Shown here: piece after piece, positions 50,501 to 62,600 of the stretch
Layout of the letters: every line of letters starts with the position of its first letter
How positions within the stretch are numbered: the stretch's first letter is position 1
Origin: Magallana gigas
Lineage: Eukaryota
Direction: 5' to 3'
Length of the DNA stretch: 64,000 nucleotides
Assembly: GCF_963853765.1 (NCBI RefSeq)
Contig: NC_088854.1
Location: forward strand, 56,606,001-56,670,000
Made by a program: the position numbers and the translations under genes
Notes under the pieces: model-generated
Database searches by the model: none
Told to the model about the DNA's origin: nothing
Seen by the model: the letters and a program-made list of their open reading frames with translations, nothing else

Positions 50501-53500
50501 GATATTCTCTGAAACTCGAAGGAGATATGCACCAGAAGATCAATTCAAGATTGTCCCTCAAGTACAACTCAATGTGTTTATATTAGTACAACCGGAACCA
50601 TTAGAAAGAGCTATACAGTTTAAATAACGGGAAAGAGAACAGTCTACAGACAAAGAAGACACATCCCAAGCACCTCTTCAATGAAGTATAAAAATTAAGA
50701 ATGTCATTGACTTCGAGTTGGGATCAGGTGAGACCCTTGAGTAAGAACATTGTGAAGATAGAAGTCAAAACTATGAAATACCCCTAGATAACCCAAATAT
50801 GCCTTTTAGACGAAGATATGGAAATAGATAAAATGATCCGTAAAGTAGGTCTATGCTTTAAGCTAACCATTAACCAATGTAAATTAATCCCTAAGCCCTG
50901 TAAAGAAAATGATAAATAAGAGTAAGCAATAACGATAACTTTAGGACATTGTTTTCACAGACGAAAACTATTATCGGGAGATATATGTTGTTGTAGATGA
51001 TGGTCAGCTTGTCGAAAAGGGATAGAGACCTAGATGAGAAAGGTTCCTCCAAGGACGATTTGTTCTGTTGTGTGAATCCAGAGACACGAACCTTTAAAGA
51101 AATAATTGAAATGAAACACAAAATGAAATACACTTCAATCCCGAAGAAACTCGGAAAAGCAGTAAAATACATGTAGAAGCCCATAAGATTATTCATAGCA
51201 CAAGGACAGTGTCTTCCGACTTAGCAAGACAATTACTCGGAGAGAAGAATGAAGAGGAATCTCACTATACTCTGTCCCAAGATATTTTGGATTCACGTTT
51301 GGACGATTTTTTATAAAAATACACTTACCTGTGAAAGAAGTGCAATTGAAATGGTTGAAAGGGATATTTTCCAAGATAATTTCATTGACACATTATCATC
51401 TTTCACTCGGAAAAATTCACAGGAACGAAAACAGATTCCTTACGGAGATTTATAATCGGGAATGTTTACATCTTTTCTCCATTCGGAATACACTCGGAAT
51501 ACATCGCGCAATATTTCAACGTTATCATCCGGGCTTGCTGTAATGCAAAATCTCCGTAGACATCACATTTTTAGCATTGTATTGAAACCTGATAAGCTAA
51601 CAGGGGCGTTTTGACTGAGAAATCTTGGAAATTTTTCATACTTTTGAATGAACATCGTTTGGATCCTGAGGTATTTATAAATATCAAACAATTAAGCCAA
51701 ACGTGAATCCAAAATATCTTGGGACAGAGTATAGGCCAAAATACTATAGACCGGACCTACAACTGGCATGCAAATACATTGAAGAAAAGGCCGCAATATC
51801 ATCGCAACAGAGGAACACAGGAGATATAAGATCAAATTCTTCGCAAGGAAAACACTCTTTCGATTCAGCCCGATTTTTCGTACATCATCGGTACTTCAAG
51901 AAAAAATGTGGTGCGTATGGCGAGACGACTTCTCGCAAATTATCTTCTGCGAAGTTTAGACTCCGAAATGAAGCTTAAAGCTGACATGCATTTATATATA
52001 AGCATTATTTCCCATTTAATTCCTATACTACCGCCATATTAGTTGTTGATTTCTATTGTTCTGCTCAACGCTACACACCCCCTATATAAGGCTGAGAGCA
52101 CTATTCATGCTTCACCGCATTCAGGTATTTCATACAACCGAACACGTTACCTTGGAGAAAGAGCATGAAGAAACTAGTTTTAACAAAAATAAATATGACA
52201 ACCACTGCACTGACAAGGAACATCCAAATGAACGACGAAACAAAAAAACTAAAATCCAGGCATAGGTACTTGAAAAATCCTTGATTATTGTAGACTGTTT
52301 TTCCTGTGTATGACATATACCTTTTAACATCGCACCTGTGCAAACTGTGGCAGATCAAACAATAAAGTCAATGATTGCATAGATTTAAGAAATGGAGCGT
52401 TTTTGTAGAAACCAAAAAAAAAGATGTTACACTGCTACTTTCTTGGATTTACTATCAGTAAGCTACTGTGTTGGATGTAGTGCTACCGGGGTTTTCAAAA
52501 AGATGCAGACGTAATGCACTCTGTGTGAACGACACACGTGTTCGATGTACATATAAATTAAGGCGGCATCATCTGTGCAAAATAATACGGATACCTTGGA
52601 CATTCTTTCACAGAATAAATATATTTTGTGATTTATAGATTATTGTTTCCTTTATTCTTTGTTACAAAAATTTAACTACAATGTGTATTTCATGCATTTA
52701 GAAGTCCGTGCAACCTGAATGCGTCGATCAGAAAGCATCCGACATTAACTATCTCAACCGGAATATATATCCAGGTGGCAGGTGTAGAGGAGCTATCGAA
52801 AATAATCTGGCGACCAAATGCTTTTATGAATTCATGTCAGCTTTAATGAAAAAATGAAAATAACAAACCGTCAACCATCTCAAAATTCAAAGCAGAGCAA
52901 CACAGACCTCCAAAAAGATAGAGGTTGGATCAGGTGCCTAGGAGGAGTGAGCATCCTCTGCTGACCGGTGTCGTATAATTTAAGGTCCGCCCTGTAAAAT
53001 GGTCCGGCCGGACCTTTAATGTTAACATTTAGGGTCCGGCTTTACCCTATAAGAATCGCATTCGCCGTTTGCTTGTTTTAAATGCAANNNNNNNNNNNNN
53101 NNNNNNNNNNNNNNNNNNNNNNNNNNNNNNNNNNNNNNNNNNNNNNNNNNNNNNNNNNNNNNNNNNNNNNNNNNNNNNNNNNNNNNNNNNNNNNNNNNNN
53201 NNNNNNNNNNNNNNNNNNNNNNNNNNNNNNNNNNNNNNNNNNACCATGTTACTTGATGTTTGTGGGTGATATTTTTATTAATAATGTCGTTGGTGATTTA
53301 GGTGGGTAAATCCGCTGTTCCGTTATGGATTCCGCAACACCTTGACACAGGATCATCTGTTCGATGTCTTACCTGAGGACCAGTCCCACTTATTAGGGGA
53401 TCGCATGGAAAAGTAAGGAAAGTCTAGAACATTAACGTGATTTAGAAATCTGTAAAATAGTTTATTTTAAAAGGATGTTTTCGCAAAGAAAAGTAAGGAA

Positions 53501-56500
53501 AGTCTTGCACGTTTCGTATTTTGATATATGAAACATTCATTTCATTATAGCACACAACTTAATTTTAATCCTTTTCTGATGTCGACGCGAAAGTGTGTCC
53601 GCATAATACAATATTACACGACTCGACAGAATCATTTTAAATAGTTATTGTGAGACAACATGCAAATGGGAATTATTAGGTGCATATATTGAAAATTATA
53701 TGCAAGATATTCTTTAGTCATATTCTAGTTAGTCAAAGGTATATTTTATATTTTTCGTTGTTACTCGTAAAACGTCTAGTGAACCCTTATATCTTTTCCC
53801 TAATTCCTTAATTAGTTTAATATGTCGAATGCCTCTACTTTTTGTGTGCAATAAATATACAGATTTATGTATGGACGGAACTGTAGTCCGACAACCCAAA
53901 TTTTCAGTGGAGCTTTGCATAAAGTTTTGCAATATGTAGCTTCCTGGTCGTCCATCTGAAAGGACTCGGTGCGGTATGATCAAATATCTGCCCCCGAATT
54001 CAACCAAATTTTAAATAGTATCGTATAAAAATCAAATCTTCACATAGCATTGTATAGAGGATGCCTAAAACTTTTATCTTGGTTTTAGTCATCATTGCTC
54101 AGTCGCTGTTTATCTATGACGTCACCTAAATGACCTAATTCCCGCAAATTTGCAAACAAATGAAGATATTCTCATTTTTGTTCTATATTATGCATTTGAA
54201 AGTATAGAGCACAGGTCTGCTCAAGTGCGATTTTGACATATGTTTTTCTTCAGATAGTTATACATAGTATACTAAAAAATGGTACTTGAGCAAGCCTGCG
54301 CTCGATGATTCCCAGTCGAAAAACCATCGGAAAACACCCATATTTTGCTACAAAACATCATTTTATCAAAATAATGCAATCTTAATGGCGTCATTACTAC
54401 ATTATGACGTTTCTGTGGTGATAACCTTTTACACCTTTATTTTCAATATGATTTTAACTATATTTTACCTTATTTTTAAAGCTCTTTTTAAAACTTTGAT
54501 TTTGGGGGCAAAAAATGCATAAACCCGCACATAGTCCTTTCTGTTTTTCAGACAGGAAGCTAGATTTCTGCAGCTAATTAAAATAAGGATTGCTTGAAAT
54601 CGTTAATAAATGCGCTAATTCTAGTTATTTTAAACGATTTCAGAATATTTTTATTTCTCTATCTTTTTTGCAGAAGCGACTTTCTTGACTGTCTTAAGTG
54701 AGATATATATATATATAATATAACCATTATGTACTTCATTTGACGGTCAATATGTGGTTTGATAGACCAATGTCAAGTGATATGGACCGAAGTCACAGAA
54801 AGTGATATCGACATCGCATGTTAAATCCATATCAATTTTTGTGCATTCGGTCAATATATTTAACATGGGTCCATATAACAACATATCGACCTACAAATGA
54901 TGTGAATAGTTGTATATGGTAAAATTCTCTTATGGTTTCTACGATGATTTAGGATTCGAATCCATAGAGTATTATTTTAAGTCTTTAAATGTATTTTCTT
55001 TCTTTTCTGTCTAATGCTTGAAGATCCTGGAATACCCATGTGAAAAAATGTGAAGATAACGGCGAAAAGCCAAGTTTGTACTGGGCAGTGATTGCAGAGT
55101 TCAAATGGGAGTGGGGCGTCAATGGCCTCTTTCTTGTCGCCTCTGTAAGCATTGCTTCAAATTGGCTGGATCATGTAATGTTAAACCTATTAACTTTTGG
55201 TATTTCTTTGAAATGTATAACTCATGCATTTTTGACCAAACATTATTCTTAAAATAATTGTTATTACTGGCATATTTATAAAATAAATGTAATTTTTAAT
55301 TATACATACGGTTGGGAAACACAAGTCGTTATGGAAATCATTATCCTGTTCTGTCTATTGGAGTTAAGTTATTAGAAGTTTCGGTTTAACATCCCTTTCA
55401 ATCCTGTTGATCATGTTGGGTATGAGAGTATATATGCAGCCACGATAAAGGTTTTAGTTAAATGCAGTCTTAATTGAAGACAAAGTCTAAGTTGAAGACG
55501 ATTACCTCATTCTAAGTGAGAACTTTGATAAGAGGATCAATTAAATGTGCCTGAACAAGTCTTTTAAAACTTTATTTAATATTGTGTTGGTTGTAATAAC
55601 TGTTAGGGTTTAGTTTGAAGCACATGCACTCAATGATAGAATATGTGTTTATGTATATTATTGATTAAAATATTTGTTTAAGAAAATTTATAGCACAGTT
55701 AGTTTATATATTTCTTAAATAACCAAGCTAAGGGAGAGCAGTCTAATACCTAGACACATTACATTTGAACAAGACTCACAATGCCTCAACTAAATGACAA
55801 ATTTCATTGAACTTGTAGCCGGATATAGAAACTATAATGCTGTCTCTATAAACAATTATAAATATTTTCCGTTTTCTCCTGTCGTGTATTTATATAGGAA
55901 GGCATCAGGATTGTCCAGCCCTACCTGATTGGTCTGATCATCTCCTACTTCCAGCCTGGCTCCACCTTGTCACAGACCGAGGTGTACATCTATGCGACGG
56001 TGGTGGCAGTCAGCCACATTCTACAGCTGATCGTCAATCCCAAGTACTACTTCAATAGCCAACATATTGCTTTGAAAATGAAAGTAGCTGTGGCTAGCCT
56101 AATTTATAGAAAGGTGAGACAAACTCTACAATTGACAGTTAAAAACAAATAAATTTGAAATTGATCAGTAATTTTATTCATAATTAATGAAGTTCTCGAT
56201 GTAAAACTAGATTTTTATTTCATGAACTCAAAATGAAATTTTTCAGATACTGAAAATGAGCAGTTGGTCTAAACATTCGACGACTTCTGGAAAAATTATC
56301 AACCACCTGTCAACGGATTTGGAAAAGTTCTCATATGTAAGCCTGTAAATTCATAACAACTATTGTATGATAAGATTTTTTTTTTGTTGAGAAAAAATTA
56401 ATGTTCCATTGATTGTGCAGCTGTTGTTTTACTTAGACGATCGAGAGCTTCCATTTTTGTTGGCTGGGTCCCCTGGAGATTGCGGCTATTCTGTACTTGT

Positions 56501-59499
56501 TGTACCAACAGATCGGTCTGGTCAGCCTCCTTACTTTGACTATTATATTGGTTCTGCTACCCCTACAGGTCATGATGGGATGGATTTATGGAAAACAGAG
56601 GTGCAGACATTCGTAATTCTCTTCCAGTGGAAACATATATTTCAATTATTTACAGTTACAGGTGCAAAACGCCAGCAAAAAAATGTGATTCATTTTAATC
56701 TTATGTTTTAAGACTTCACAATCAGCGTAAATCTGTAATATGCATGCTTATCATAACTGTGCTTAACTTTATAAGAAGCTGCTAAATGAAAAAGTCTGCT
56801 GTTTAATACAGATTATGTTCATGAATGTTATTATGAAGGATGAAGATAGGAGCCGCAGGAGACAAAAGGATCCATTTGATGAACCAGATAATCGCTGGGA
56901 TGAGAGTGATCAAAATGTACTGCTGGGAGAAACCATTCAGTGAAATTGTGTTTAACATCAGAGGGTAATTGTTACTTTTATTGAGTCTCTGGTATCTGTC
57001 ATTGCTGGAATTTATATACTGCTAAGCCTTATGTGGGAAATCGTGAAAATTATTACAGATCTTGGCTTCATTTTTATCCTGATAAATAGCTATATAGAGA
57101 ATAATAAAAGCAAAACTGAATATTACACCCCATGTCAACCCGAGACTCTAATATCAACCCAAGGACCAGAGGACTTATTTTGGTCGATGGTTGATTTTGA
57201 TGTGATACAGATTTTGACATGGATTGTTGTGTTTATTAAACATTTGAATTAATGACACATCTTTATTTTCATGTCAAAAACTCTATAAAGATTTATCATA
57301 GGTTTTCTATCTCGCTACTGCCATGTTTTGACCGTTTTGTGACGTCATATATAACAAAATAAATATTCATTTCATGAAATCATTGTTCAAACTACAGATT
57401 ATGCATCAATATAAGAGAAAAGATCTTAGGTATTTAGAAAAAAGCAAAGGTGTTCCGGAAAGGTGTTAGTAAGGGTGTGCTAAGGAGTAAAAAAAAGGTG
57501 ATGGCATACTGGATGTAATGAAGGCGTTTGCCGTTGTTCATTATTGTATCAGGCCTAGGGAAGCAAAGACCCCGTATAAAATAAAGATTCTTAATTTAAT
57601 GTATTTAATACATGTATATTGAATTTAGATTAGAAGTGTCCGAGATATGGAAAGCCAATATTGCCAAGTCCATCAACATGGGATTGTTCCAGAGTGCCTC
57701 TGTGGTCATCAGCATGACCCTGTTTGGAACAGCGTGGTACACGGGGGTTCCCCTGTCTGCCCAGAGGATCTACAGCACCCTGGGCTGGGTCTTCTGTCTC
57801 CGCTTTACCATCTTCCTCTTTATGATGCACCTGGTGGAAGATAACAAACAGCTGGCATCTTCCCTCAAAAGAATACAGGTAAACCGTCAGTAAATCTGCT
57901 AAAGAATATGACATTTTATGTCTTTTTATACATTTAATTAGGAAACATATCAAGGTTGTGAATCCTCAGCCCGCAAATCTTTAAATGAAGCTTTGTTTTC
58001 TTTTTAGAGATGAGAATTGCTTTTTACACTGTATGAAAAGAGTACAATACATGAAAAATGAATATGAAATACAAAGTCATAGTGTTTAAGAGTTTTTAAC
58101 TTTCACTTTTTTAAACAGTCTAGCGTATGCATATGAAACATTGAGGCATTATGTTATAAAATACATGTTTATAATTTTTTGATCACATTGTTCCAAACTA
58201 CATGCACTTTTTTGATTAATTGCCTTGTAACATGTCTGAAAAATAACTACATATGCTTAACTTTTCTTTCAGTCCTTCCTCTCAGTGGAGGATATGAAGG
58301 TCTTTTCCGAGTCTGAAGGGACAGCCAAGTCGATGGAGAAGATGGATGTGTCTGTCTGTATCAGGGACATGACCGCCAGCTGGCTCGGGCACCACCCCCA
58401 GGACAAGGGGAGTTTTGCCGATAACGTTCAAGAGCAGGTGAGACTGCATGAAAAGAAAACACAAAAAGGCCAAATTGATATATTCTACCAATTTTTCCTT
58501 AATTTTTTTTTAAATAAAAAAATTCAAAAATGTACAATACTAGTGTATAGAATGTGTTAAAGTTATAACTTTGGATTTAGAATCTTTTATTGGAAACCTA
58601 CAAAATCAATTTGAATATACATCAGATATTAGAAGTAAAAAAATATAATATTAATAGTGAAGAGTGATATATTGTGGCATTTCAGGGGATGAAAAAACCA
58701 TTTTCTTTGAAGAATATTGATCTTGATGTCAGAAAGGTAGGAGGTGAATGCCACTCACAAAGTTCTAATGTTTTAACAGTTCTATTCTTTCACAATTGAA
58801 AGTGTTATGTCTCTTGAATTTCAATATATGGTGACGTTTTGTAATTGTCTTTTTCCGCCGTCATATGTTGTCCATTACACCTTAAAACTACAATGTCAAT
58901 TATTTCACTTTAATTTGGAAACATCTTGGGATAAAAGGAATCTTAATTATGAAATTTATAACCTCACCACCCTCGGGACCTCATGGGCGGGGCCAAACTT
59001 TCAAAAATTCTCTCTACTCCCACAAATCTGGAAGAAACCTAATTACATGGTTATGATGTCTGGAAGCTCTTTATCTATAAAATTCATGGCCCCTGGACCA
59101 AGGGTTCAGGCCCTAGGGTTGGGCCAATATTACCATATCATAGAAATTTTTAAATGAAAAATGACAACAACAAAATGTCAATTATCTCCAAAATCCATAA
59201 AACGGAATACAAAATCAAAGCAGAGCAACACGGAACTGTAAAAAGATAGAGGCAGGATCAGGTGTAATGAAGGAGTGAGCATCCTCAGCTGACCGCGGTC
59301 ACACCCGCCGTGTGCTCTTTGTCGTAATCGGGGAAAAACGAAAAAAGTCCGTAGACAATTATGTGATTAATTATGGTCTAAAAATTAGTATGAAAACGTC
59401 AGTCAGCATGCGACCCAGTGGAAGATGGTATTTGACAAGGTCGTTGTATCGACCATGGAACCTACGAAAAGATAACTTCAAACGAGACTGTTGATAGTC

Positions 59500-59536
<37 letters not shown>

Positions 59537-59575
59537 ATTCTGATCACATTTTGTCTGTCGTCCGTCTGTCCGTCT

Positions 59576-59606
<31 letters not shown>

Positions 59607-59641
59607 CGTAAACTTTTCACATTTTCAACATCTTCTCAAGT

Positions 59642-59673
<32 letters not shown>

Positions 59674-62600
59674 TCATCCTTAGTCAAAGGGAATTTAAAG
59701 TTGTGAAAATTAAGGGCCACGCTCGTTTTCAAGGGGAGATAATTAGAAATTAATGAAAAATTTCGAGAAATTTTCAAAAATCTTCCTCTCAAGAACCAGA
59801 AAGCCAGGAAAGCTGAAACTTGTGTGGAAGCATCCTCAGGTAGTGTAGATTCAAAGTTGTGAAAATCATGACCCCCGGGGGTAGGGTGGGGCCACAATGG
59901 GGGGTCAAAGTTTTACATAGGAATATATAGAGTAAATCTTTAAAATCTTTTTCTCAGAAACTAATCAGCCAGGAAAGCTGAAACTTGTGTGGAAGCATCC
60001 TCAGGTAGTGTAGATTCAAAGTTGTGAAATTCATGATCCCTGGGGGTAGGATGGGGCCACAATGGGGGGAGGGTCGAAGTTTTACATAGGAATATATAGA
60101 GTAAATCTTTAAAAATCTTCTTCTCAGAAACTAATCAGCCAGGAAAGCTGAAACTTGTGTGGAAGCATTCTCAGGTAGTGTAGATTCAAAGTTGTGAAAA
60201 TCATGACCCTTGGGGGTAGGGTGGGGCCACAATGGGGGGTCGAAGTTTTACATAGGAATATATATAGAGTAAATCTTTAAAAATCTTCTTCTCAGAAACT
60301 AATAGCCAGGAAAGCTGAAACTTGTGTGGAAGTATCCTCAGGTAGTGTAGATTCAAAGTTGTGAAAATCATGACCCCCAGGGGTAGGGCGGGGCCACAAT
60401 GGGGGGTCGAAGTTTTACATAGGAATATATATAGAGTAAATCTTTAAAAATCTTCTTCTCAGAAACTAATCAGCCAGGAAAGCTGAAACTTGTGTGGAAG
60501 CATCCTCAGGTAGTGTAGATTCAAAGTTGTGAAAATCATGACCCCCAGGGGTAGGGTGGAGCCACAATGGGGGGGGGGGGGTCGAAGTTTTACATAGGAA
60601 TATACAGAGTAAATCTTTGAAAATCTTCTTCTCAGAAACTAATCAGCCAGGAAAGCTGAAACTCGTGTGGAAGCATCCTCAGGCAGTGTAGATTCAAAGT
60701 TGTGAAAATCATGATCCCTGGGGGTAAGGTGGGGCACAATCGGGGGTCGAAGTTTTACATAGGAATATGTAGAGTAAATATTTAAAAATCTTCTTCTCAG
60801 AAACTAATCAGCCAGGAAAGCTGAAACTTGTGTGGAAGTATCCTCAGGCAGTGTAGATTCAAAGTTGTGAAAATCATGATCCCTGGGGGTAAGGTGGGGC
60901 ACAATCGGGGGTCGAAGTTTTACATAGGAATATGTAGAGTAAATATTTAAAAATCTTCTTCTCAGAAACTAATCAGCCAGGAAAGCTGAAACTTGTGTGG
61001 AAGTATCCTCAGGTAGTGTAGACTCAAAGTTGTGAAAACATGACCCCTGGGGGTAGGGTGAGCCCACATTGGGGGGGGGGGGTGTTAAAGTTTTACACAG
61101 GAAAATATAGAGTAAATCTTTTAAAATCTTCTTCTCAGAAACTAATCGGCAATAAGATGATTCTTTATAATTGTTAAGACTTTGGCTCCAGGACAATTCT
61201 TTTGCCTCACAAGAAGGTTCAGAGTTTGATGTAGCTTAATATCCCATATATAAACAATTGTAAGGGATCTTTTTGAGGACTGCAATACTCAACATGTGAT
61301 ATGAATAAAATCATCCTGTTAGAAAAGGGACTAATGATTATAAACATAAGAATATCCAGGGGGAAAAATGGATTTTATTTATACAGAATCTACATGTATT
61401 ATTGTACATTGTCCAGATTGTTTGTATTATGACTCCATTAAGCTGATTTTATCATACCTATTGTTCCTCAGGTGAGCGATGTGGCCAATGGGCCTCTTGA
61501 TTATCAACTTGATTGTCAGTAGCTTGCCTTGTCTTAGAAACTGTTTTTACGAAGAGCATGCCTTGTGTATCGAATTAACTGAGAGACAAAACACCATAGT
61601 GTGATGTTTTTCAGCATGTAATGAAGGTATATTGCTACATAAGTAAGGAGACTTGTTGACCATAGAAAAAGTCATCGCGTTTATCATAAAGTTTTGTTGT
61701 TAAGTTACCATCAATGTCCATGTCCAGTAAAATATCCAAATATGAACCAGATGACGCAAACTCAGTTGTATCTTTTATTTCAAGTTCACTTGAATATATT
61801 GAGTCAACTTAAGTATGGAAATAACAATTGTTAATTGATAATCCGTCGTCAATATACCTGAATGTTGAGTTGAAGGCCACAGCGAATGATTTATTTTGTT
61901 CATGACAAGTTTTCGAATAAAAATACAAAAATAGGTCTGCTAACAATGGGGCACAATTGGTACCCGTGGGAATTCCAACAGATTGTTGGAAGATTTGAAA
62001 TCCAAAAACTACATAGATGTTGTCTATCAGAAACTCAAGCATCTTTTTAAATCTGAAAAACTGAAATCAAAATATTCTTTACTGGAATAAATATCAAAAA
62101 CTGAATAAGCCATTATGATAAACATGAAGCCTTCTACATCTAATGAAGCCTACAATGCAAACATTAGTAAAAATAAAGGCAATGGTACTAAGGGCCTTTT
62201 TTATCATTTCAGGGAGAACTCCTGGCAGTAGTGGGACCAGTTGGTTCTGGAAAGGCTTGTATCCAGATTCAACAATGATTATTTACATTTTTAACGCTAC
62301 ATTTACGTATAGTATAAAGTATTAAATCATATTTTCCTCAACAGACATCTCTTCTGTTGAGCCTTCTTAAAGAACTTCCATCTGAGACAGGACAGGTGTG
62401 TGTGCAGGGTAGGCTGGGATACATGGCTCAGACGCCGTGGGTTATGTCTGGAACCTTTCAGACCAACGTCACGTTTGGAGAGAATGTGGAGCAAGAGAGA
62501 TATCGCAAGGTGCTGCATGCGTGTGCTTTATACAAGGTACATATGGGCTTGTTCATCATTGAGTTATCCAGAACCTTTAAGCGTAGAAAACCTTATGCTA

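Larger units (their letters stand above)
59160..62060 (-). mobile_element. 5'-truncated Penelope-like retroelement (RT), split by a HINE insertion (pieces ~61499-62060 and ~59160-59500)
   Basis: [44 protein letters not shown]. After removing the insert the frame reads [33 protein letters not shown]. The GIP(M/T)GTNCAP motif is characteristic of invertebrate PLE RTs. Confidence 0.8.

Noticed and set aside
58807-59157. 116-aa ORF in ABCC-b intron 10
   Set aside because: Overlaps a non-coding repeat fragment resembling HINE internal sequence; no protein motifs.
62255-62270. U12-type donor (GTATCC) near ABCC-b intron 11
   Set aside because: GTATCCAG lacks the TT of the U12 consensus, is out of frame with exon 11, and is not conserved in paralog a.
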